From positions 128,001 to 192,000 of the forward strand of contig JAZDKJ010000006.1 of assembly GCA_043803105.1 (NCBI GenBank): a stretch of 64,000 bases of DNA, in the 5' to 3' direction. Origin of the DNA: Candidatus Woesearchaeota archaeon. Its GTDB lineage: Archaea > Nanobdellota > Nanobdellia > Woesearchaeales > JAZDKJ01. The notes beneath the pieces are model-generated. The model had not been told where the DNA came from, made no database searches, and saw only the letters and a list, made by a program, of their open reading frames with translations. Both the position numbers and the translations under genes were made by a program. This document shows, in pieces, positions 39,421 to 47,753 of this stretch (positions are counted from its first letter, which is position 1; each line of letters begins with the position of its first letter).

Positions 39421-40161
39421 ATGAGAATTTCGGGTTTACATGATGCAGTTGTTATTGCCATAATCCTGGCTCTCTGCATCAGCATAGTCTCTAGTGTGAC
39501 CTCTGCAGTCCCGACAGGCCCAAACCAGGTAAAGAATCTTTCCACTTCCACAAGGACCAGCGGCCTCTCGCCTAAGGCCAGGGGTTTTGACCAGCGCGGT
39601 ACCATAAACACAGTGCTCCTCAACCTCACGCAGCAGTCCAGCAAGTGGAAGGCTTACATCGGGAACATTACAGGGAGGATCAGCTTGGATGATGCTGACA
39701 ACTACACGATCTATGATTGGACCATGGGCGTTGTCTCAGGCGAGGTCTATGCAACAAGGAGTTCCACCACAGTCAACTGGAACAACATTCGATGCGCAAA
39801 AATACCTGATGTTGAGACTGAGCAGGCTGCCTTGAAGCAGAGTGCGCTTTCATCCGACTGCATAAACAGGACTTTCCTGGACATAACCCATCCTGCCTTT
39901 TATGCTGGCCCAACATACATCTCTAATTCAATCTGCAACAAGTCTGCGAACCTCTACAGGAATGATGTTGCGAATGCATTCACCTGGCATGAGGTCTTGC
40001 TGCACGACGGCACCAACATTGTTTACACAGCCATAATCAACGCTACAAGGCAAGGCTATAACCCGAATAAATACCATGACTTCCAGATGCTCGTTGCCGA
40101 GAACGGCTCAGAAGGTGTCCCTACTGTCAACACCTATTATTTTTATGTTGAATTGACTTGA
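39421..40161 (+). CDS. Secreted 'family A' protein, subtype II (paralogue 6)
   Basis: GGAGGT SD; VPTGP, GTINTVLLNLTQQS, WKAYIGNITGRISLDD, YYFYVELT. Confidence 0.9.
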   Translation: MRISGLHDAVVIAIILALCISIVSSVTSAVPTGPNQVKNLSTSTRTSGLSPKARGFDQRGTINTVLLNLTQQSSKWKAYIGNITGRISLDDADNYTIYDWTMGVVSGEVYATRSSTTVNWNNIRCAKIPDVETEQAALKQSALSSDCINRTFLDITHPAFYAGPTYISNSICNKSANLYRNDVANAFTWHEVLLHDGTNIVYTAIINATRQGYNPNKYHDFQMLVAENGSEGVPTVNTYYFYVELT

Positions 40162-40168
40162 TGAGAAT

Positions 40169-41152
40169 ATGAAATCACAAAACAATTGGTTTAAGGAGCT
40201 TGCCTTGCTTGGCTGCCTGGCCGCATTACTGTACTTGGCGTTTTATTTTGCTGTCTCGCTTTTGTCAGTTGAGGTTAGCACTGCCGGCACTCAATGGGTA
40301 AATGACTCGATTATTACAAGAGTCAACGTAACAAACTATGCTCCCAGAGTGATTGATGTCCTTGTTGATGATATTAACTCTTCTCCTGTTCATGAGATTG
40401 ATCTTGTTTCAGGTACTACTCGCAAGGTTTGGTGTAATGGTACTGTGGTTGATTGGAATGGTAAGGATGACATTGTTGCTGTTAACGCTACCCTGTATTT
40501 TATTGCTAACAAGTCCTCTACCCCAGATGATAAGAATGAGCATTACTCGAATAGGAGCTGCACTGCGTATAAGACAGGGCTGTATAACAAGACTTATTCG
40601 TGCACTTTTGCTGTTTGGTTTTTTGCGAACAACGGCACCTGGTTTTGCAACATGAGCGCCTGGGACAACGGCACTGCTGATTTGAGGAATGGCATCTCTT
40701 ACAACTCATCTGTAAACCGGACAAGGATCAATCCACTTTATGGCCTGGATGTTCCGCCAATTGTTGACTTTGGTGAGGTCCCGTTGAATGCCGAGTCACC
40801 GACGAGAGCAGTCAATGTCACAAACACAGGCAACATGCCGCTCGACCTGAGGCTTTACGGATATGGTGGCAATGTCCGGACTGAGAATAATCTTTCGATG
40901 AAGTGTAAGATTGGCAATATCTCAGTACGGAATATGCGCTTTGACAATACTTCAGCCCATACATTTAGTAACATGTGGAATCTCTCTGGACAGTTTGCCA
41001 ATCCTATATACATGAATTTTGGCGTGAAGCAGCGCAAAAGCGAGACTCTTGACTCCATAAACAACACTTATTGGAGAATCAAGATACCTCAGTATGCTGT
41101 GAAGGGTAAGTGCAATGGTACCATTGTCTTCAATGCAGTCAAGGACACCTAG
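40169..41152 (+). CDS. Secreted two-domain 'family B' protein (B2)
   Basis: N-terminal domain nearly identical to B1; VDFGEV, VTNTGN, TYWRIKIP, KGKCNGTIVF. Confidence 0.88.
   Translation: MKSQNNWFKELALLGCLAALLYLAFYFAVSLLSVEVSTAGTQWVNDSIITRVNVTNYAPRVIDVLVDDINSSPVHEIDLVSGTTRKVWCNGTVVDWNGKDDIVAVNATLYFIANKSSTPDDKNEHYSNRSCTAYKTGLYNKTYSCTFAVWFFANNGTWFCNMSAWDNGTADLRNGISYNSSVNRTRINPLYGLDVPPIVDFGEVPLNAESPTRAVNVTNTGNMPLDLRLYGYGGNVRTENNLSMKCKIGNISVRNMRFDNTSAHTFSNMWNLSGQFANPIYMNFGVKQRKSETLDSINNTYWRIKIPQYAVKGKCNGTIVFNAVKDT
40364..40413 (+). repeat. 50-bp perfect direct repeat shared with 34650..34699
   Basis: Identical sequence, including synonymous positions. Confidence 0.9.
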
Positions 41153-41474
41153 GTCTGCTGTTGCACTCCTTTTTGTTGTCCTCTCCTTGTTTTCTGTTGC
41201 TTGTTCATCAGTTGATGAGGCGCACGCAAGAAGTATAGCTGAGGATTTTGTGCGTTCTCGGGTTGTCTTCTATGCCAAGAACAGCACTGTTTCTTCCACA
41301 GTGCAGGAGCTTGCCATTTCTGTCGAGAGTGTGAGCCTGCTTGGTGATTCATGGTATCTGTCTGTCCGGGCCTCCTCAGAGGTTAATGGGACTGTCAAGC
41401 AGAAGCTAATTCCAATAGTTATTGATGCCAGAAGCGGCACTGTTACAGAATTCAATGGCCTTCCCGTACAATGA
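41115..41474 (+). CDS. Small lipoprotein, PepSY-like (start may be 41133)
   Basis: Lipobox-like FSVAC; EAHARSIAEDFV...WYLSV...IVIDARSGTV. Confidence 0.55.
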   Translation: MVPLSSMQSRTPRSAVALLFVVLSLFSVACSSVDEAHARSIAEDFVRSRVVFYAKNSTVSSTVQELAISVESVSLLGDSWYLSVRASSEVNGTVKQKLIPIVIDARSGTVTEFNGLPVQ

Positions 41475-42484
41475 ATCGCCTGTTTGTTTACAACCTCATT
41501 GTCTTATGGTGTTGCAGCACAGTTCTTGCAGGTGTTACTACAACTGTGGGTGAGAGATACAGCTTTGTTGGGGAAAAGTTCTGTAACAACCATGGCCAGG
41601 TTCAGTTTGCCCTCATACAGCACAGTGGCAACTTTCTGGTAAATGACATAAAGGGTGTTGGCTACAAGTTCAACAAGTCAAATACATACGCTAAGGTTGA
41701 TGGTGCCTGGTATGATTCAGATTACCTTCAAGCCAAGGTCTTTCGTGAGGACGAGCCCTTGTTCTTTATCTCCAATGAGTCTTTCTTCCGCACGCCTGGT
41801 AATTACACCATCATAATAGCCAACAAAAACATCTCCAAGGATGCTCAGCTTCAACTCAATTATTATAGTGGACAAAACACTCTTGAGGATGGCTCTGGCC
41901 TAAGCTTCAAGGTTTATTGCGATCGCATAGAGAACACCTGCAGTCCGATTCACCTGAGGATTCGCTCGTGCAACATGACAGACTCAGGTTTTGTTCTTGA
42001 ATTTCACGGCCTAGCTGACAGCAGTATAAATCCTGCCAAGGGTATTGAATTCCTGCTCAACTATGAGGTGCACGCAGACAGCGTGGAATATCAGCTGCTT
42101 CCAACTGACACAACCTTCTTGTCACTAGGAAATTCCACATTTGTTATGAATGTTCCTCTTGCCAGCTTGATTGAGCCAGTATCAAAGGTCAGGTTGTCTT
42201 TCCCTGTGTGCAATCCCAAGCTGTACGACACTGTAGTCTATCGCTCATGCAATGTTCCCAAACGCATTCAACTCAATAATAGTTCCCCATCTTTGAACCC
42301 GGTTCTGAATGCGAACCAAACCCCTAATGTACATTTGAATACTGTGATGCAGCCTGCCAATCTTACCAACCTGAATTCAACAAAGCGACTTATCCTTGAC
42401 ATCCCGATTGATATTTCAAGGCTGATTTCTCAGAAGCGCGCAATCTTTTCTTGGTTTGGCTTTCTTCTCCAGAAGTTATTTTGA
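41471..42484 (+). CDS. Secreted hypothetical protein with Cys pairs and an amphipathic C-terminus
   Basis: Signal peptide; ATGA overlap with the upstream gene; ends IFSWFGFLLQKLF. Confidence 0.65.
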   Translation: MNRLFVYNLIVLWCCSTVLAGVTTTVGERYSFVGEKFCNNHGQVQFALIQHSGNFLVNDIKGVGYKFNKSNTYAKVDGAWYDSDYLQAKVFREDEPLFFISNESFFRTPGNYTIIIANKNISKDAQLQLNYYSGQNTLEDGSGLSFKVYCDRIENTCSPIHLRIRSCNMTDSGFVLEFHGLADSSINPAKGIEFLLNYEVHADSVEYQLLPTDTTFLSLGNSTFVMNVPLASLIEPVSKVRLSFPVCNPKLYDTVVYRSCNVPKRIQLNNSSPSLNPVLNANQTPNVHLNTVMQPANLTNLNSTKRLILDIPIDISRLISQKRAIFSWFGFLLQKLF

Positions 42485-42587
42485 TAGCCTAAATAGATAA
42501 TTTCTCCAAAAACAACACCTGCGCGACAGGACTAAGCACGAAAAGTTTAAATATAACCCTCCTAGGGTTTTTTCTTGCGGAGTGGTC

Positions 42588-44330
42588 ATGAAAAAAAGGG
42601 TACTTTTTGCAGTGCTTCTGTTCCTCGTTGCAGTCTCTACAGTCAGCGCAGTGGATCATCTGATTGTCAATTCAGAGGATTGGCGTGATGTCTATTCAGC
42701 CATGGTCTATTCAAACTTGATGAAGGTCCCAAAGAATTTTCTCGTAAGCGATCGCCATTCAAGAGTCCTTGCCCAGACACTTGACAAAGGCAAGAAGGAC
42801 CTGCTCCTTGTTTCTTCCAGGACAGTGCCATTTGTTGTTGGCTATTCGTCTGTTTTGCAGGGTGAGGGCTTCACTGTTGAAGAGATAAGCCCTTCAAATA
42901 TTAATCTTGAACTTGCCAGGCGGACCACCACCCCAAACTTCATTGTTGTTGATGACTCTTACGGCTACAATGCTGTTGCTGTTGCCCCATATGCTGCAAT
43001 CAAGGGTTCCTATGTTATCTTTGCTGATAGGCGTAATATTGCTGACGTTGTCTCATTGCTGCAGGCCCGCACTCCAACTGAGCTCATCCTCTATGGTCAC
43101 GTTGACCGTGAGGTAAAGTCAGCCCTTGACCAGTTTAATCCGATTATTATTAACAAGGAGGATCGCTTTGATAACAATATCGAGATTGTTAAGCTCTACC
43201 AACAAAAATACAAGTCTGACAATGGTGACATCAATAAGCAGGTGGTCCTTACAAATGGTGAGTTCCTCGAGGAGGAGGTCATGTCAGGCTCAGAGCCTGT
43301 GCTTTTTTTGGGTAAGCAGAATGTTCCTGACCAGATAAGGCAGTACATCTCTGCAAGCGGTTTGGAGGTTGCTGTCCTTATAGGTAACCAATATGTTGGT
43401 GCAGCCACAAATATCCGGCGCCAGATTGGCATAAGTGTTTTTGTCAAGTTTGCCCGAGGTGCCAGGATGCCAAGCGGTCCTATCTCTCCTGTTGAAGGTC
43501 TCGACATTTTTTACGTTCCCACCTATAGTATTACTCTGCAGATTGCAAGCATCAGATACAATTATGCCACAGCAAACCTAGAAGTGACTATCCAGAATAG
43601 TGGTGAGGTGGCTGCTTACTTCAAGGGCTCTTATTCACTGTCTTCTGAGCTCGGCGGCCAAGGCACTGTCGGTGACCTCGATCCTGTTTTCATTGATGCC
43701 CATAGTGTGAAAACCCTCACATACTCTGCCTCCATGCAGGGCCAGAACCTTTCTGGGGATGCCTATGTTCTTTATGGTGAATCACCTCGTTCGCTTGAGA
43801 GTGAGTTAAGGCAGAGATTCTCCATTGAAGGCATACGAGTTATTGACAATTCCCAGATAGACATAGTCTCTGTGGTATATGACCTTCAGAAAGGCATCTT
43901 TTATGTTGAGGTCCGGAATACTGGCGAGACAGATGTTTTTGTTGACATCGAGCTGATAGATGTGATTATTGACGGTGAAAGGTATTCTTTTGGCTCAACT
44001 GGAACGACAGAGATCAAGGCTGGAAAGTCAGCGCTTGTTGCCATCCGCCCAAATCCTGTGCTTGCAGAGGTTGACCTTGCAGACAATCCAAAAGTTATTG
44101 TGCAGGCAAATTACGGTGAGCGCAAGGAAATCCTTGTTAAATCCTTAAGAAAAGAACTTCCCTTCACTCTGAAGAAGGCCAATTATATCTTCTATGGTGC
44201 AATTATTGTCATCCTTGCAGTCCTGCTGTTGCTGCTCTTCCTGTTTAAGCGCAAGCGATGCCCTGAGTGTGGCCACATCAACAAGCGCTCGCGCCACACC
44301 TGTGAGAAGTGCCAGGCGCGACTCAGATAA
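42588..44330 (+). CDS. Membrane-anchored surface protein: cell-wall-binding-2-like alpha/beta repeats, two Ig-like domains, TM, cytoplasmic zinc ribbon
   Basis: Signal peptide; EDRFDNNIEI and VAVLIGN-type motifs; IQNSGE and VRNTGE Ig motifs; TM then CPECGH...CEKC. Confidence 0.7.
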   Translation: MKKRVLFAVLLFLVAVSTVSAVDHLIVNSEDWRDVYSAMVYSNLMKVPKNFLVSDRHSRVLAQTLDKGKKDLLLVSSRTVPFVVGYSSVLQGEGFTVEEISPSNINLELARRTTTPNFIVVDDSYGYNAVAVAPYAAIKGSYVIFADRRNIADVVSLLQARTPTELILYGHVDREVKSALDQFNPIIINKEDRFDNNIEIVKLYQQKYKSDNGDINKQVVLTNGEFLEEEVMSGSEPVLFLGKQNVPDQIRQYISASGLEVAVLIGNQYVGAATNIRRQIGISVFVKFARGARMPSGPISPVEGLDIFYVPTYSITLQIASIRYNYATANLEVTIQNSGEVAAYFKGSYSLSSELGGQGTVGDLDPVFIDAHSVKTLTYSASMQGQNLSGDAYVLYGESPRSLESELRQRFSIEGIRVIDNSQIDIVSVVYDLQKGIFYVEVRNTGETDVFVDIELIDVIIDGERYSFGSTGTTEIKAGKSALVAIRPNPVLAEVDLADNPKVIVQANYGERKEILVKSLRKELPFTLKKANYIFYGAIIVILAVLLLLLFLFKRKRCPECGHINKRSRHTCEKCQARLR

Positions 44331-44490
44331 TTTCTTTTGTAAAATCTATTAATAGGAAAGTTATTAATTAACAAAACTAATTAATTAAATAATAAAATAG
44401 TATAATTAATAAATTTGATAATTAGTCCAAATGTGCATTGACGATAAAGTTGAAGAAAAATTTATATAAGAGCAAAATGGGCTAAATCCT

Positions 44491-45201
44491 ATGACCATTC
44501 TTTCCAGGAATATTGTGATGATTTCTGCTTTCGCGTTTGTCCTGGTCTTAGGTCTTCTCTATTCATCCTCAACCCCGGGCTTTCCGGTCATAACAGGCTG
44601 GCCTATTGCGAGGCTCACAATCGTAGAGGTTTATCATAAGATGTGCAACATAAGCTTAAATCCTGGCTTCAACTATTTCTCTGCTCCCTGTTTTGGCGAC
44701 GAGGTGGCTATTTCCACAGCCCTTGAGGAATTCTACCAGAACCTCACCAATAGCTCCAATATGACAGTGTGTAGTTATAAATTTCGTTCAATCCACGCAT
44801 ATGATTCTACAGACTCTCTTGATCACTGGAAAAGTTACAATCCCTGCCTTCCTTCCTATGTTGTACAGGACATGGCAATTTTGGATGACAAGAAAGGTTA
44901 TGCAATTTACATGAATCTGTCAGCACGCCTTGAGTATGGTTCTGATGTTAGCATCCCGAATTATGTGCCTCTGTTTGCTGATTGGAATTTTGTAGGTTAT
45001 CCGAGTAATGATACTACAGGAAATCGCTCTGTTGGTGTTTCTATTGGTAGTATTAATCAGTCTTATCTTGCTATTTATAGCTATTCTGCTGGAAAATGGC
45101 TTTTTTATAATGATTCAATCCACAACTTTTCGTTTTTTGAGCCATTTCATCCTTACTGGATGAGAATGCTTGAGAACGCTACCTGGGTGATTGACTGGTG
45201 A
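44491..45201 (+). CDS. Secreted or N-anchored protein homologous to the C-terminal domain of the giant protein
   Basis: LNPGFNYFSAP...KGYAIYM...LFADWNFVGYP...FEPFHPYWMRM compared with LYPDWNMVSLP...AGYWFYN...LNSDYNLVGW...LEPGKSYYLK. Confidence 0.7.
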   Translation: MTILSRNIVMISAFAFVLVLGLLYSSSTPGFPVITGWPIARLTIVEVYHKMCNISLNPGFNYFSAPCFGDEVAISTALEEFYQNLTNSSNMTVCSYKFRSIHAYDSTDSLDHWKSYNPCLPSYVVQDMAILDDKKGYAIYMNLSARLEYGSDVSIPNYVPLFADWNFVGYPSNDTTGNRSVGVSIGSINQSYLAIYSYSAGKWLFYNDSIHNFSFFEPFHPYWMRMLENATWVIDW

Positions 45202-47096
45202 GACTCTTAATTTTTCTTGTCCTGTTAATTCTGTCCGTTATTCCTATCTATGCAGTGCCAAGGGTTGCCTCAGAGTTTTATGGCAATCTCTTCGAGGATT
45301 CAATTGCAGTTCCTGCAGGCAAGAACATTACAGTTTATGACCAGAATGACACCTTCTGCGGTCTTTTTCGCCTTCAGACTTCAGGCAGGTTTGGTCTCCT
45401 TTCCTGCATGGGCGATGACCTCTCTACTTCTGTTGATGAAGGCCCTCGCGACCTAGAGACAGTGCGATTCTACGTCAATCGCACTCTGGCCGTCCCGTTT
45501 CAGGAAAATCTTGGCAATTCCACTTGGCAGGAAGGTGCCTACAAATTCTTGAAGCTTAGGGTGCTCTTCTGCGGAGATTCTTATTGTGATCCTCCTGAGA
45601 ATTGTTCAGGCTGCTCTGTTGATTGTGGCATATGCAAGTTTTGCGGTAACGGGATTTGCGAGCAGGATACCCATGAGACCTGTCAGAACTGTCCCATCGA
45701 TTGCGGCGCATGCCCGCCTCCAGGCACTGGCGGTGGTGGCGGTGGAGGCGGTGGTGGCGGTGGGGGTGGCGCTGCTGGAGGCGGTGGTGGCGGTGGCGCA
45801 GGTGCTGGTTTTGAGGAGGCTGCAGCTGCGCTTTCTCAGGCAGGCTGCCAGGAAAAGTGGCAATGCTCTTCCTGGGGAAATTGCACAGTTGTTGGCCTCC
45901 AATATCGCAATTGTGTGGACACAAACAACTGCAACACTCAGAAGAACAAGCCACCAGAGGCACAAGACTGTCTCTATCTTGCCACTTGTCAAGATAAGGT
46001 CCAGAATTGCCATCCCGATGACAAAGGCACCGCACTTTGCGAGTCTGGTGTTGATTGCGGTGGTCCTTGCCCGCCATGCCCTGGCTGCTTTGATAATGTC
46101 AGAAATAACGGCGAGACAGGGATTGATTGCGGCGGGCCTTGCCAGCCATGTGCCACTTGCACTGACCGTATAAAGAACTGCCAGCTTCTTGATGCTGGTC
46201 TTGTGTGTGAGATTGGAATTGATTGTGGTGGTCCGTGCCCGTCCTGCGAAGGGGCAAGAGGAGCGCCTTCAGTTGAGATGCCTGCTGCTCCTCGTTGTGG
46301 TGACGGCGTTTGCTCTGCAGAAGAAAGCTGCACATGTCCTGCTGATTGCAGTAGGTTTCCATCGTTTTTCTTTGTTCTGGCTTTGCTGATAATCATAATC
46401 CTTTCATCTGTTTTGCATCTTGTCTTCTATTGGTTGCATTCACAAAATAAGATGAAGCAGCCTGTCTATGACACAAGGCTTAAGCAGGTTTATTTTTCTG
46501 CGCTCTTCGTTGCCTTCTGCGTTTCTGTCGCCTCAGCCTACTCTTTCTTTTTTTGCAGCTGTCCTTCAACCTGTCAAAAGTTCTTTTACCTTCCTTTTTT
46601 TTTGGTTGTGATGGTTGCCCTCGCTGTAGTCTATGCTTACCATGCCTTGACTTTTGATGAACAGCGCAACCTAAGAAGGCTCGCTGAAATGGCCCGTGCC
46701 CACGACAGGATTATGGAGAAGCTTCTTGCCTCAGAGGGCATGCTTATCGAGGAGCTTGAGGCAGAGTCTGCCCGCCTGATATCCTCCTCAAATGACCCTG
46801 TGCTTGAAAGTTTACCAGGCATCTTCGCGCTTGCACAGAAGTTTAACCAGCTTGCGCTCTTGCGTGAAGCATACGGCAAGGAAAAAGTCCAGGACCTGGT
46901 GGTGCTTAAAGAGATGCGTAAGCACGAAAACGTTGTGCTTGACATAATCACTGATGCATTGAACAACAAGGACTTTGTTGCCTCTTTAACCTTGGCTCCA
47001 TTGAGGCAGGAGCTGCAGCTTCTGAGCAACTATTATTCTGAGAAAAAGAAAAGCCTTTCCGACCTTGATGCCATGCTCAGCCAGTACTTGTCGTAG
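45198..47096 (+). CDS. Cys-rich membrane protein with poly-Gly linker, CGDGxC and ExGxDCGGPC repeats, three TM helices and a cytoplasmic helical tail
   Basis: GTGA overlap; CGDSYC/CGNGIC/CGDGVC; three DCGGPC repeats; WQCSSWGNC (TSP1-like). Confidence 0.82.
   Translation: MRLLIFLVLLILSVIPIYAVPRVASEFYGNLFEDSIAVPAGKNITVYDQNDTFCGLFRLQTSGRFGLLSCMGDDLSTSVDEGPRDLETVRFYVNRTLAVPFQENLGNSTWQEGAYKFLKLRVLFCGDSYCDPPENCSGCSVDCGICKFCGNGICEQDTHETCQNCPIDCGACPPPGTGGGGGGGGGGGGGGAAGGGGGGGAGAGFEEAAAALSQAGCQEKWQCSSWGNCTVVGLQYRNCVDTNNCNTQKNKPPEAQDCLYLATCQDKVQNCHPDDKGTALCESGVDCGGPCPPCPGCFDNVRNNGETGIDCGGPCQPCATCTDRIKNCQLLDAGLVCEIGIDCGGPCPSCEGARGAPSVEMPAAPRCGDGVCSAEESCTCPADCSRFPSFFFVLALLIIIILSSVLHLVFYWLHSQNKMKQPVYDTRLKQVYFSALFVAFCVSVASAYSFFFCSCPSTCQKFFYLPFFLVVMVALAVVYAYHALTFDEQRNLRRLAEMARAHDRIMEKLLASEGMLIEELEAESARLISSSNDPVLESLPGIFALAQKFNQLALLREAYGKEKVQDLVVLKEMRKHENVVLDIITDALNNKDFVASLTLAPLRQELQLLSNYYSEKKKSLSDLDAMLSQYLS
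45729..45797 (+). repeat. GGT/GGC trinucleotide run encoding a poly-Gly linker
   Basis: GGCGGTGGTGGCGGTGGAGGC... in frame with the 45198 CDS. Confidence 0.8.
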
Positions 47097-47355
47097 AGCA
47101 GGTGCAATTGCACTCATTGCAGCGTATGCCATGGTCAATGAACCTGTCTTGTACATACTCCATTTCCAGTGCCTGGCAATTTCCCCTGCACCTGATCCTG
47201 CAGCTGTCCTCGTCTTGCACTGAATGGAAAATGTTCCCCTGTATTGGCCCGCACTCGTCCTTTATCACATAAGTCTTCTGTACAGCTGCGCATGATGTTA
47301 AAAGGAGAGCCATAAAAAGAATTCCACAAGATTTCTTCATCACGCACATTTTCAC
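47077..47355 (-). CDS. Small Cys-rich lipoprotein
   Basis: Lipobox LTSC; CGP...CRIRCRGNC...CNECNCTC; start uncertain. Confidence 0.6.
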   Translation of the reverse strand: MKMCVMKKSCGILFMALLLTSCAAVQKTYVIKDECGPIQGNIFHSVQDEDSCRIRCRGNCQALEMEYVQDRFIDHGIRCNECNCTCSTTSTG

Positions 47356-47448
47356 CGCCTTGTTTTTAAACCTGCGTTAATATGATAAAAGTCATTTTTA
47401 TCATAAAAAAGAGAAAAGTATTTAAATGATAAATATCAGTTTAGCACT

Positions 47449-47610
47449 ATGCAGACAAAAAAGGTCAACATTTTTCTGAAGGATAATGTCCACACAGAAG
47501 CCAAGATAGCAAGCGTTCTGAAAAAGACAACCTTGAATCATTTCCTTGAAAAGGCCATTTCTGAGGCTGTCGAGCAGGACCTCTCACTATTGAAGGGCTT
47601 GTTGAAATAA
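47449..47610 (+). CDS. Ribbon-helix-helix protein, 53 aa (not in ORF track)
   Basis: Hand translation: MQTKKVNIFLKDNVHTEAKIASVLKKTTLNHFLEKAISEAVEQDLSLLKGLLK; TATA-like TTTAAAT about 28 nt upstream. Confidence 0.8.
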   Translation: MQTKKVNIFLKDNVHTEAKIASVLKKTTLNHFLEKAISEAVEQDLSLLKGLLK

Positions 47611-47753
47611 TGAAGCGCGTTAACATTGCCATTGGAGAGGACATTCACAGGAAGGCAAAGGTAATCGCAGTTCTGAAGGGCGTGACACTTAACGATTATC
47701 TTGAGGCAGCAATAGAGAAAGTGTTGAAAAAGGATTCAGGTAAGATAAGATGA
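47610..47753 (+). CDS. Ribbon-helix-helix protein, 47 aa, paralogue of 47449 (not in ORF track)
   Basis: Hand translation: MKRVNIAIGEDIHRKAKVIAVLKGVTLNDYLEAAIEKVLKKDSGKIR; TAATG overlap upstream and ATGA overlap downstream. Confidence 0.85.
   Translation: MKRVNIAIGEDIHRKAKVIAVLKGVTLNDYLEAAIEKVLKKDSGKIR

Noticed and set aside
32892-40161. Type IV pilins or archaellins
   Set aside because: No class III signal peptide (K/R-G followed by a retained hydrophobic helix); no assembly ATPase, TadC/ArlJ or prepilin peptidase nearby
34620-40680. Diversity-generating retroelement TR/VR pair (B1 vs B2 repeat)
   Set aside because: Mismatches are mostly synonymous third-position changes such as C/T, not adenine-specific; both copies are coding; no reverse transcriptase in the window
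44259-44315. Heme-binding CxxCH motif
   Set aside because: CPECGH...CEKC is a zinc-ribbon pattern on the cytoplasmic side of a TM, not CxxCH
45556-46396. Overlapping ORFs with His/Arg or Ala/Thr runs
   Set aside because: Alternative-frame shadows of the poly-Gly and Cys-rich repeats of the 45198 gene
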